NCBI GenBank assembly: GCA_025594325.1
Contig: JANHCV010000006.1
Span: 1 to 64,000, forward strand
From: Blastocladiella emersonii ATCC 22665
Taxonomy: Eukaryota; Fungi; Blastocladiomycota
Length of the DNA stretch: 64,000 nucleotides
Direction of reading: 5' to 3'
Numbering within the stretch: the first letter of the stretch is position 1; each line of letters starts with the position of its first letter. Positions 13,401 through 23,717 of this stretch are shown piece by piece. A program made the translations under genes and the position numbers. Below the pieces are notes generated by a model. It was not told the origin of the DNA, did no database searches, and was given only the letters and a program-made list of their open reading frames with translations.

Positions 13401-14896
13401 GTCGGCGGGGAACCGCGCCATGACCGCCATGGTCACGCAGGCCGCAATCTCGCGCATCCGTTCCGACGGTGAGGTGGTGTGGGTGCCGTGCGACAGTGTG
13501 GCCAGGAGCGGCGGCGCCACGGGTTTCGGCGCGCCGCCGTCTTTGCCGGGAGCGGCAGCGGGGAGCGGGGCCATGGCGGCAGCCACGGCCGGGTTGAGGG
13601 TCGGGTCGGCCAGCCCGACGCTGTCGAGCGACGGGACCAGCACGCCCAGATTGAAGGCGGTCGGCGTGCTCGCCACGAGCAGCGCAATCAGGCGCAGCAC
13701 CTGCAGCTGGACGACGGGCGGCGCGTGGGGCTCGCGCAGCCGCACGGCGAGGTGCACGATCACGTCGGCGACGAGTGTGTCCGACTCTTCAAACTCGCGC
13801 ACAATGGCGCGCGCGTTGGCGTTGAGCAGCGCCGACAGCAGCGGCACCACGTCGTCGTCCTGCTGCGACCCGGCCACGCCGTGGCGCAGGGCGAGCCGCA
13901 GCGACAGCGCCGGCAGCACCGAGGCGCGGCGCAGGTGGTGCAGGAACAGCGCGGCGCCCTCGTCCGACAGCGACGCGAGGTGCTCGGCGCAGGCCGTCAC
14001 GACGCCGCGCATCGCCGCGCGGTCACCGCGGTACGCGTCCATGAGCCAGTCCATGTGCTCGGCGAACCGCGCCGGGTGCGCGCACACGAGGAATCCAAAG
14101 AGTGGGGGACCGGGCGGCGCGTGCAGCAGCAGCTCGGTCGCGGGCACAAGCTCGTAGAGCGCGTAGGTCATGGTAATGGCGGCGCACACGACGGCCGGCG
14201 AGTCGGGCAGCGCGCTCGCCGTGGCGGCCGTGTGCGGGATGTGACCTGACGCAATGTTGCCCGCAAATCTATTTACGGGGGATCAGTGGATGTCGTGAGG
14301 TAGGGAGCGGAGAGAGGGCGTACTCGAGCACCTCCTCGGCGCCAGGTTCGGCGCACAGCGGATCGCCCAGCGGCGTCTCCTCGTCGCCGAACCCCGTCGA
14401 CCACAGGAACGTGTACAGGTCGACGATGCGGGCCTAAATGCGGTCCTGCGCGCGGGCGTCAGCTTTCGAGAGCGTCGGAGCTGGTGATCGGGAGAACGGA
14501 CCAGGTCGCGGTGCTGCTTCGCGACGGGCAGGACAGCGGCGGGCGCGGGCCCGTTGTTTCTAACCAGGATGTGGACGAGCAGCTCGGGCGACGGGTTCTG
14601 GGCGTGGGACGACACGTGTGAGCTCCTGACGTTCGCGTCGACGGCCCACCAAGTAGCATACGGCGCTCCACGTCTCAACGAGCTGGTCGAGACTCTCTGC
14701 ATCAAGCGCAACGCGAAGGAGATCCATGATTCATTGGCTTTCATGAGGCGAGGGGGGAAGAGAGAGAGGACGCGCCCCGATGACCACTCGCGTCCTGACC
14801 GACTTGACCGGCCTCAGCGTTCTCGCTCTCTCAACGTTGACCCGGCACCCTACAATGTAACGCTTCCATGGACTCCTTACTTGATGGACTGAGATG
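4790..14896. repeat. Left (source) arm of the ~10.1-kb inverted repeat
   Basis: Every ORF in this interval has a mirror ORF whose coordinates sum to 38614 (e.g. 5063+33551, 7688+30926, 12972+25642, 14554+24060). The end points were read base by base. Confidence 0.97.
7688..10812 (-). CDS. T-complex protein 11 (TCP11/SOK1) family protein, 2 exons (intron 9677-9738)
   Basis: N-terminal basic coiled coil, then NPFDTRMFLAA...RFAAAWSQYARQFAEWK...LIQELIAHF and later TCP11-like helices (LERAHF, LPETFPFDGDRL, HNRHVYSEWY). Confidence 0.85.
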
Positions 14897-14916
14897 GCGT
14901 CGAAGATCCGCGCCAT
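11326..14916 (-). CDS. INTS2: Integrator complex subunit 2, intact source copy, multi-exon
   Basis: Several blocks match remembered INTS2: GFLVCAHPARF (LCLLVANVPDSF), LPALSLRL (LPGLGVAL), AVLAYYVLSY (ILVLYYILSY), LFYQYPLPKT (LCIQYALPKS), LIRAFPEL (FCRAFPPL). The putative exon 1 is ATG GCG CGG ATC TTC GAC GCC ATC TCA GTC CAT CAA|GTAAGG. The 5' exon structure is less certain. Confidence 0.85.
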
Positions 14917-15008
14917 GCACCTCGTCGGACAACCGCTTTGCTGACTTCGGTCCCGCACGTCGCCTACGTCGCTCTCGGCTTCTAGCCCTCGCCCGCACCA
15001 CGACGACC
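14917..15008. promoter_or_regulatory. 92-bp putative bidirectional promoter between INTS2 and the MED1-like gene
   Basis: Divergent ATGs at 14916 (-) and 15009 (+). This depends on the inferred INTS2 start. Confidence 0.55.
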
Positions 15009-16975
15009 ATGTCGGGCACCCAGGAAGACGCCATGGCGGTAGACGCGCCGCCATCACTGTACCACCTGGTCCCGCCGCCGCCCGTCTCGCGCACTGCCGT
15101 GGCCGAGCTCGCGCGGCACGGCCTGCCCGAGTTCATGTTTCGCGACCAGGTGTGGGCTCCCGTGCTGGCGCGGACAGGGGCTTCGCCAGAGTCTGCGCTG
15201 AGCCGCGACCTTGGGCGGGCCAAGTACCTGCTGCAGAAGCGCCTCGACGCCGTCCGTGACCGCGCCAACCCAGCGTCGGATAGCGCGATCGCGACGCGTG
15301 ACGGGCTCGCGAGCACGGTCCGCGAGGCGCTGGGCGCGCAGACGCACATCCAGGCCATTGAGGAGGAGGGGACCGACGAGAATGACGGTCAGGACGTGCA
15401 TCTGTTGTACATTGCCGGGCACACGTTGTTCCTCGAGGTATTCGCTGCTGCCGCTACTGGTTTCATGTTTCCGCTCACTAACATGCGCTGACGCCGCTTG
15501 TAGTTCCTGTTCCGCGTCCAGACAGGTCTGCTGTACCGCGTCAAGCTCGAGTTCCCGAGCCAGACCATGGATCCCGCGGGCAAGGAGCGGGTCCGTCTCA
15601 GTCGACTGTTCCGTGATGTAGCGACGCTGACCCACCATGTCGCACTGCCTCTAGATCGAGGCCTTCCTCCTCGACGCGATTGTGCGGTACCAGCGCAAGG
15701 CCGCGGTCCAGGCGATCCTGCTCCTAGCGCACATTGACCAGCTCGGTGCGGTGCAGCAGGAGCAGCAGCAGCCTTCGTTTGCGCTGTGGAATCTGCAGGC
15801 CCTCGCGCGCGACCTCGAGTCGCTGACTACACGGTACGCTTTCTCGTCGCGAGCCGCGTGGCATAGCAGGGCTGACACCTCTCTCGTGTATAGCGATCCG
15901 AACACGGGCCTCGGGCTGCCGCTCATCGACACGCGGGGCGAGCACCTCGGCACGCGGCTCGTGTACTTTGCGTCGCCCGGCACTCTGAAGCGGGTCTCGA
16001 ACGGGTCGATTCGTGAGGGCGATGACGGCGTCTTCGTTGTCAAGGTCGGACTCGAGGCCAGTCCGACGGGAGCCGCGCCATGCCCTGTGCTCTCCGACCA
16101 GGCCAGCACTTTCCTCGACCCGTACGGCTCTCGCTTTCCTACTCGTGAGCGAAATGCTTACCCGCGCGCTATCGTAGAACCCGATCTCAGCTCATCGACC
16201 TCAAGACCCTCGGCGGCGCTCCCGCGACGGCTGCTGCGCCGCTTCGGTGGACGGTGATGCTATCGCCGAGCATCGCCGTGACGCGTTCGACCGTGGACGC
16301 GCTCGCGGCCCACTGTCTCGGTACGCCCGCGCTCTCCCACTTCAAACGCAACCTCCATCCAACCTGACTTGCGCCGTACGTGTAGACGCCTCATCGACCA
16401 CGGTCCCGCGCGTCTCGTTCGCCGACCTCCTCGGTCTCGCGCCGGCCGCGCGCGACGCGTCCGTCACCAGCGAGCCAGGTACGCTGCTTCACCAGGTGGC
16501 CGTCGCCCAACCCGCAGCGCTCCCCGCCGTCGTCGCGATCCTGCGCGCGCAGGCGGCCGTCAACCACGCGCTGTACCAGTTTGGGTGGGACACCGCGTCC
16601 GCTGCAGCCGCGGGGATGCCGCCGCTGCCCGCGGCGCGCGTGGGGATCTCGTCCTCGCCGCTCGGGATCGACGTGGTGACGGGGATCCCGGCAGCAGGTG
16701 CCGGCGGGGCCGTCCACCTCCGGCTCGTTCCAGGCGGCAACGGCGCAGGTCCCTCGCACGACGACGCGGAGGCGGGCAGCGGCGGGATGGCGTGGAGCGT
16801 GTCCATGTCCGAGTCGCGGGCCGCGTCGGCGGCAGCGGGGTTCGGGTCGCCCGCACCGTCAGCAGCAGCGGGCGTCGCCGACGTCGGGCTCACGATCCGC
16901 GCGGGGCGCGCGATGCGGGTCGCGGGGACCGTGGACTTGCTGCTCCGCTGGCTCGCGTCGGTGGCGAGCGCGTAA
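15009..16975 (+). CDS. MED1: Mediator subunit 1-like protein, multi-exon
   Basis: LYIAGHTLFLE|FLFRVQTGLLYRVKLEF resembles MED1 ITSDMFYLEV...DVKV. ALARDLESL and GLGLPLIDTRGEHLGTRLVYFASP resemble VGYLTPRSGGHLMNLKYYVSP. GT-AG introns separate the blocks. Confidence 0.6.
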
Positions 16976-17153
16976 CGGTCGCGGCTCCCTTACAGTTGCC
17001 GAGCAAGCGCCGTGTCCATGCGGTCAATCAAAAACGAGGTGGATTATCATCGCATGACGGGGAGACTCGGTGAGGGGAGGAGGGTGCGGAGAAGTGTACA
17101 GGGTGGGAAGGTTGCGAGGAGCGGGCGAGCGAGCGCAAGGAAGCAACGGCGTC

Positions 17154-17562
17154 TTACTTGACAAACTTCTTAGCGGCGATCGACACGGGGCCGTCGGCCT
17201 CGATGAAGTCGAGGTGCGGGTGCTCGGCGAGGGTGGCTACGGGGGCGTGCGATGGCGGCGGCGGTGAGCATGGTGTCCGTTCCACGGCGGGTCGCAAGCG
17301 CGAGAGCGGAGAAGGACAGCGTACTGATGTGGTCGTCGGGAATCGAGGCCGAGAAGCCGAGGATGGTCGACTCGAAGCGGTGGCCGACCTTGCCGCCTAC
17401 GAGTCCGCCGGAGGTGGGGAGGTTAGCGTTCCGCGCGCGGCGGCGAAGCACAGCGTGGCGAAGCGGCGTACCCTGCGCCTCGAGCTCCTTGGCGGCCGCG
17501 TCGATGGTGGCGATGGGGGTCTCGGGCTTGAAGACGACGATGACGGACGACTTGGACGACAT
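17154..17562 (-). CDS. Stand-alone peptidase inhibitor I9 (PBI2/POIA-like), ~80 aa, 3 exons
   Basis: Spliced product MSSKSSVIVVFKPETPIATIDAAAKELEAQGGKVGHRFESTILGFSASIPDDHITTLAEHPHLDFIEADGPVSIAAKKFVK*, which follows the I9 pattern (IVxFK...GGxI...GFSA...P.V.yIE.D..V). Confidence 0.85.
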
Positions 17563-17957
17563 GGTGGCGGTAGGGTGGGCGGTGCTGGACAGGTTGCGGG
17601 GCAGCGGGTGGAGCCGCGATGTGAGCGAGCCGGTCGGGAGGCGGGAGCGGAGGAGGCGATGCATGAGGTTACATGGGCGCGCATGCATACCAGAGCGGAG
17701 GTGTGCGAGGCGAAGTATTCGACTTGTACGAGGCCGCGGGAGAGAGAGGGCGGCGCGCGGGAGGTTTGGGGGGAGGGAGGGAGGGCGAACGCGCGGGCGG
17801 CGCGCAAGCCACGACGCGTGAGCGCTGACGCGGAAGCTGCAGGTCTGGCGCCACTCACGACGCGGATTCGTCAAAGACAGGCACCAGGCGCCAGGCACCG
17901 GCACATCGGCCGAGACAGACGTTTATTGGACACGAGAGGGTGGGACGGGAGCGACGC

Positions 17958-18368
17958 CTACATGTCCTCGTAGTGCGGTCCCGCGCCCATGATCCCGGCC
18001 CCGGCGCTGTTGCCGACGGGGCGCGGCAGGTGCACGACGTAGTTGGGCGTGATCTTCTCGATGGCCGGGTGCGCGCTGACGGTGCCTAGAGCGGTCGGGC
18101 GTGATGTTAGTCTCCTGGCCGAACCGGATCGGTGGACAGCAGACGACGCACTGTAGCGGTCCTGCGGGATGATGGCCGAGAACCCGAGCAGGGCGGCGCC
18201 GAACCGCGACGTGACGCGGCCGCCGTTGCTCTCGAGCTCGGCCGCGACCGTGTCGATGACGGCGGGCGCGGTGCCCTCCTTGAACTCGACAATGAAGCTG
18301 TTGGGCACCACCTTGTTGCCGGCGCCGCCGAGACCGAGACCGCCCGTGAAGCGCCCGAGGCCAGACAT
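17958..18368 (-). CDS. Second stand-alone peptidase inhibitor I9, 2 exons
   Basis: MSGLGRFTGGLGLGGAGNKVVPNSFIVEFKEGTAPAVIDTVAAELESNGGRVTSRFGAALLGFSAIIPQDRY|STVSAHPAIEKITPNYVVHLP...HYEDM*. It is a clear paralogue of the neighbouring gene. Confidence 0.82.
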   Translation of the reverse strand: MSGLGRFTGGLGLGGAGNKVVPNSFIVEFKEGTAPAVIDTVAAELESNGGRVTSRFGAALLGFSAIIPQDRYSASSAVHRSGSARRLTSRPTALGTVSAHPAIEKITPNYVVHLPRPVGNSAGAGIMGAGPHYEDM

Positions 18369-18552
18369 GGTAGTGGAGATGAGGATGGCGTTGGGTTGCG
18401 GGGAGTAGCGCAAGACGAGCGAGCTTGAGCACGGCCATCGTCGTCGCGTGCGGGGGAGAAGGGAGCGACGTGGCGGCGGCGGAGGCGCAGGGACGCCTGC
18501 AGGACGCCACGTGTGCGGCGTAGCGCGTCCAGGTCCACGTTGCCGGCGGCGG

Positions 18553-19740
18553 TCAGCACGCGTTGAGCTGTAGCAGCGCGTCGATCTCGCCGAGCTCAAG
18601 GGCCTCTTCAAACTCCTCGGGCTACACACACGCTCGGGACCGTCAGCCTCGTCCCCATCCCCACAAACACCTTGAGCATACCAGAATCCAGTCACGCTCA
18701 GCCGACTCGTCGCCGAGATGCCACGCGGTACTGATCTGGGCCTCGTCGTACGGGTCGAGCATGTCGAGCAGGTCGTCCTCGTCGTCGCTGTCGGGGCGCA
18801 CGACGCGGAACTGGAGCACGACAATGGGCCACGGCGGGACGCGGCCGCCGCGCGACTTGGCCTCGGCGACGCCGTTGTTGCGTACCGTGACGAAGACGGG
18901 GCTGGTGATGTCGAGCATGAGCACGCGCGACACGTCGAACTTGGCGCGCAGGATCGATAGCAGCCGCTCTTGCCGGTGCTTGACCTGGGTGGGGCGGGAG
19001 GTCAGTGGGCGGGCGATGGCGCGGCGACGCAGAGGAAAAAAGCGCACCGCAACGCTGGAAGTGACCGAGGCGTAGAGGAAGAACACGTCAAACACCTCGA
19101 TAACGCCGCCGCCGCCGCCGCCGCCGCCGTGACCTTCATCGTCGCTGGCGTCGGCGGTCGCGGGCTCGAGCTGGCCGTCGACGTCGTCGGCCGAGAGCGA
19201 CGCGACCGTGGAACAAAAACTCGCGTCGTCGTCATCATTCTCATCTTCATCGCCGTATCCGTCGGTTGCGAGACTCGACGTCACCTTTGCCGCGACAGGA
19301 GGCGCGCTGGGCGGTGGAGCCTCGCAGTCGACGAACACGTCGTTGGCGTCGTCGGAGCCGGCCGACACGGACGCGGGGAGGGGCGGGAGGTCGAGGAGCT
19401 CGCCGCCGTTGGGAGGAGCAGGATCGAGCGCCGCGCGCAGGCTGGCTGAGACGTGGGCGAGCGGCGACGCGCCGTCTTCTGCAGCCGCCGTTGCACCGTC
19501 AACGGACGCGTTGCCCGAGAGCGGGAGCGGTGACGCGGGCAGCTGTCGGGCACACGCGACGGTGGTTGGGTCGGTCGAGTCGGAGGTGGTGCGTGGGAGG
19601 GAGAGCGGGAGCGGGGGCAGGTCCGAGAACACGAGCGAGTTGCGGCGGCGCGGGTCGGCGGTGCTGGCGGTGGTGGGGGCCGGGTGGTTCGATGCCATGC
19701 TCGAGGCGATGTTGCATGCAAGTGGAAGCGTCGATGACAT
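18553..19740 (-). CDS. Protein with a long disordered acidic N-terminus and a C-terminal SH3BGR/glutaredoxin-like domain, 3 exons
   Basis: VIEVFDVFFLYASVTSSVA|VKHRQERLLSILRAK...MLDIT and the last exon PEEFEEALELGEIDALL resemble SH3BGR (VYxAS.SGS..IKKxQ...L...DI; YEEFxEAxE.GELxxFL). Confidence 0.7.
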
Positions 19741-20267
19741 GGGCTCACTTCGCGATACGAGTGAGCGAGGCGGTCGCAGTCGACGGAGGCGGGCCGCGGG
19801 AACCGCGCGAACGAGCGACGCGTCGCGCGGTGGCTGTCAAACGAATCGCGCAACGGCTCACATGCCACGCGTGACCGCCACGCACTCGCTCGACCCGCCT
19901 GCCGCAGCAGCGCCACTACGCCGGATCGCGCCCTGAAACGCCGTGTCGAGCAAACCACCGATGCAGTGCAACGTGTCGCCGACGAAGCGAACCCGGCGGG
20001 CGGAACCGGAGCCTCAGAAACGTGGGCACGCGCTCAGCGTGGAAGGAGAAACGTGTGGAGATGAACAACGTGGGATGATCTATTGTAGTCGCGCGGGTTT
20101 GATATCGAGAGAACACAGGGTGGTGGCAGCGCCCGGCCGGCCGTCGTCGCCGACAGCAGCGGCGGCAGGCTATGTACATGCCGCGGGTAACGCGGGAACA
20201 TGGTTTAGGGGGAGGAGGAGGCGCGCGGCGGCCGCGCAGGGGTTCGCCTGGGTGAGCGGGAACACCT

Positions 20268-21428
20268 TTAGCACGAGCGGCTGAGCGCGACGAGGCACTG
20301 CGCGGCGCTGAGCGGGTCGGCCTCGTCAAAGTCGCCGGCGGTGCTGGACGCGGGCGAGGGCACCGAGGCGGCGGCGGCGGCAGCCGAGGCCGAGAGCACG
20401 TAGGCGGGCGACGCGCGGTGCATGTCCTCGTCGAAGGCCGACTCGGGGAGGAAGAGCGGCGGCGGGGTCATGGGGTGGACGCCCGCGGCGGGCTCGGCGG
20501 CCGGCGACGCCGCGATGGTGATGGCGTCCTTGGTGGCCGAGAAGGTGAAGGCGGCCGGGGCGAGCAGCGGCGACGCCGAGGACAGCGACAGGGCGGGGAC
20601 GGCCGACAGGAACGTGGTGGGCGAGGCGACGGCGAGGCGCTGGGGCAGGCACGGCGACGGCGACGGCGACGGCGTCGCGTACGCGGCCGCGGCGGTCGAG
20701 TCGTTGATGGCGGACCGGCGGGCGGCGGTGGCGGCGGCGACGGCGGCGGGGCGCGCGTATGGCGTCACCCTGGCGTGGCGGGGGCGGGTCACGTGACCAT
20801 GGTGGCGCGGCGTGAAGGGGGTCGGGACGGCAGCGGGCACGACTTTGGACGAGGACACCGACGCGGCAGCGGCAGCAGCAGCGACCGCCGCGGCCGTGGC
20901 GGCGACCGTGGCGGCGCCCTTGGCCGAGTAGACGATGCGGGCGACGACCGAGAGCGGCTCCCAGCGCGACGACAGGGCGCCGGGGAAGAAGTGGATGCGG
21001 TCGCCGTGGATGCGGCACGCCAGCACCTGCCGGCGGAGCCAGATGCCGCCGTGCGCGTCGACCAGCAGGGCGCGGACCGCCGCGTACTCGAGCGCGCCGC
21101 CGCCGGCGAGCGGCGACGAGGCGCCGATCGGCGCGGCCAGGACTACGTCCCCGACGTTCACCAGCACGGTCGCGGAGCCGAGGCGCGCGGCCGCGTGGTT
21201 CACGTAGCGGAGGAGCGGCGAGGCCGACGACGAGAGCGGAGCAGCGACCGGGTGCGAGTGCAGGAGCGACGGCTGGGGCGCCGCAGCGGCCGAGGGGATC
21301 GAGATGGCCGAGAAAGCGGGCGCCGGCGCGGCGGGCACGAAGGCAGCCGCACTGGCGGAGCGCTGACCGGCAACAGCAAAGGCCGAGGCCGATGCCGAGG
21401 ACGACGAGGGGATGATCATTGCGGACAT
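20268..21428 (-). CDS. Hypothetical single-exon protein with a small beta-rich (possibly BAH-like) core
   Basis: 386-aa ORF with GC3-biased codons. Core VNVGDVVL...EYAAVRALLVDAHGGIWLRRQVL; C-terminus DPLSAAQCLVALSRSC. A TATA box lies upstream. Confidence 0.6.
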   Translation of the reverse strand: MSAMIIPSSSSASASAFAVAGQRSASAAAFVPAAPAPAFSAISIPSAAAAPQPSLLHSHPVAAPLSSSASPLLRYVNHAAARLGSATVLVNVGDVVLAAPIGASSPLAGGGALEYAAVRALLVDAHGGIWLRRQVLACRIHGDRIHFFPGALSSRWEPLSVVARIVYSAKGAATVAATAAAVAAAAAAASVSSSKVVPAAVPTPFTPRHHGHVTRPRHARVTPYARPAAVAAATAARRSAINDSTAAAAYATPSPSPSPCLPQRLAVASPTTFLSAVPALSLSSASPLLAPAAFTFSATKDAITIAASPAAEPAAGVHPMTPPPLFLPESAFDEDMHRASPAYVLSASAAAAAASVPSPASSTAGDFDEADPLSAAQCLVALSRSC

Positions 21429-21789
21429 GTCGGACGGGGAGCTTGCTTGGGAGGTATTTCCAAGAGAAGCGAGTTTTTATGTATTCACCAGAACTTCTGG
21501 AAGTCGGAGCCGGGTGCGTGTGTGTGTTGGTTGGTGGTGCCGGGTCAAGAGGGGGGAGAGATCAGGCAGCGGGGAGGATAGCGATGGGCGGCAGGGATCG
21601 AGGTTGCGTGAGGGCAAGCGGGGAGCAGCAGATCGCAGAGGGGAGAGGTCAGGGACGAGGTGGGGAGGCGAGAGCGGAGGTCGAGGGATGGGTTGGGAGC
21701 GTGGGGGAGGAGGGCGGAGAGGTTCAACCAAGCGACGGAAGGTGTGCGGCGGACTGGTAGCCAGAGCATGTCCGGGGGCGGGGGGACCG

Positions 21790-21802
21790 CCGCTCTTTAT
21801 AC
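21790..21802 (-). promoter_or_regulatory. TATA box in an extended motif GTATAAAGAGCGG
   Basis: An identical 13-mer occurs upstream of the subtilisin gene (36405-36417). CCAAT boxes lie nearby at ~21943 and ~22024. Confidence 0.5.
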
Positions 21803-23270
21803 CGCTCAGGGCGGCGAGGCCCCGCGCGGGCCGGGCTCCAAACCCCCGAGCATCAACATCGGGGCCGCTCCGGCCCGTTCCGAGCCCACCCTCGGAGGCA
21901 GCCCTGTTCCCTATCAAGCTGCAGCTTTATCGCAGCGCTGGCCAATGGGCGCGCGCCGCGAGAGCACACGGCGATTTCACGAGCGCGGCGTTCGGAAGCG
22001 TTCGGCAACCCCGCTCGGCTCAGCCAATCGGCGCCCGCGCACGCGTGCGATAAATCTGGGGCTGTCTCGCACCCGCTGCGAGACAAGCTCGCGGCGCGGC
22101 TCGCCTGCCTCACCATGCATCACGATGCTTCACTGGGCCTCACCTTGCCGCGAACAGACGTCCGTGCATGGGAGATCGCGAACTGCCCGTCGCGGCCGGA
22201 TCCTCTCTGCGCAGAGCGCGGGCACCGCGCATGGTCGGATACGGCCCCACAGCGGTCAGGGATTCCATCCATCGCTGCGAGTGCCCCACACCGTTTGCTG
22301 CCGACCGAGAATAGTCGCACGAGCCAGCCAGCGAGCACAATGGTGTGTCGTTTCCGATGGATGGCGTGCGGAGCTGGGTCGCGCGGAAAGGACCGGGCTC
22401 GGAAGAAACCGGCGGTTGCGGCGCGGCGCGGCGCGTCGCGTCACCTTGGACCGCGTCAAACGTGGCCGGCCTCGGAGGCAGAACCCTTGTCGGAGGCGAG
22501 CGTGTTGCAGGAGGAAGCAGGTCCACCCGCCCGGCATCGCACGCTCGGCGCGGACCGTGAGAGCGGTGGCCACGGCGGCTTCTCCCGTTCTCCATCAACA
22601 CGGCGAACACCGCCGGCGTCGCCCGCAACTCGCCGTGCTCGCGTTCGGCGCCCTTCCACCGCCGCCGGAACCCGAGCTCGGGTCGGGCGACCGTGGGAGC
22701 CGCTCCGCCTCCGTGAACATCCTCACCTCCGCGTCCGTCGCCCACACGAGTCGGGAATGCACGGCTCCGCTGCTCCGGCCGGCACCGACCGGGACGCGTG
22801 CTCCTTCAACCTCTCCCGAACGGCAACGAAGCTCTTCCCACGCGAAGCGTGTGCAAGGGGGGCGCCTCGACGCCGATGGCGCAACTGCGTCAGGAATCGA
22901 CTCGGCGTATGCTGGCCGGCCGCACACACAGTCGCGGGACTGAGGCATAGAGATGCTCAACCGCGGGCAGGGCGACCGCGACCATGACCGCGACCACGAG
23001 AGAGCGAAGCAGCATCCAGCTTTCATGATCACGGACACGTCGCAGCCTGCCCGTGCGATCCCGCGAGGATCGGCAATGAGCTGCGCGGGTACGTGGTCGG
23101 TATCGCGTCCATGAGAAGTCCTGGTCGGATCACCGACGGCTGCAACGAACACGATGTCCGAAGACCGAACCGCTGGCACGTCCACGAGTGTGCGCGTCAC
23201 GATGCACACCACTAGAACGCGGTGCGGTTGTATCACAGTCCAATCGAGACGGTGATCCAGGGTGAAGAAC

Positions 23271-23336
23271 GCGTCCCCGCGGGTGAAAACAACTATGAGA
23301 TGCGCGTCCCCGTGGGTGAAATCGACAATGAGATGC
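23271..23336 (+). repeat. Two tandem 33-bp imperfect direct repeats
   Basis: gcgtccccgcgggtgaaaacaactatgagatgc and gcgtccccgtgggtgaaatcgacaatgagatgc are 29/33 identical. Confidence 0.85.
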
Positions 23337-23399
23337 GAGCGAGTGCGGCGGTAGCGGACACGCCGCAGACGGATGAGCGACACGATGCTCGAAGATCCT

Positions 23400-23717
23400 G
23401 AGGGTCAAAGTTGAGAACTGTCTTTGAAGACCGACAACGGCGCAACGGAGGCGTACCTCGCCTCGGGTCCAAACCTGATCAACAACGCGCCGTCGTAGCT
23501 CTCACAGAAGGACTCGCGTGGAGCCCAACTGATGCCGCTCGGGCCACGGGACGCAGAATAAGAGAGCTGTGATACTAACTCCGTGTCGGTGAGCGTCAGG
23601 ACTTGGTGCCGTAGCAGAACGCATGCGACGACAGCGCGCTCACGCCGACAACAGGCCGAGAGGCGACGTCAAGAACACCGTCAACTGTCTCGTCTTGTGG
23701 AAGAAGCTCTTGATGGT
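23400..23717 (-). pseudogene. 3' remnant of the gene interrupted by the duplicated arm
   Basis: The minus strand starts ACC ATC AAG AGC TTC TTC CAC AAG ACG (TIKSFFHKT, strong GC3 bias), followed by a GTGAGC...CCTGAC...TAG/CAG intron-like sequence. The lower boundary is approximate. Confidence 0.5.

Noticed and set aside
23261-23336. CRISPR array
   Set aside because: Only two adjacent units with no unique spacers, no cas genes, and a eukaryotic intron-rich context.
23425-23500. Integrase-like LKTDNG motif on the + strand, or PWWP-like segment on the - strand
   Set aside because: Each is a single short motif bounded by stops with no other family residues, so chance similarity is likely.
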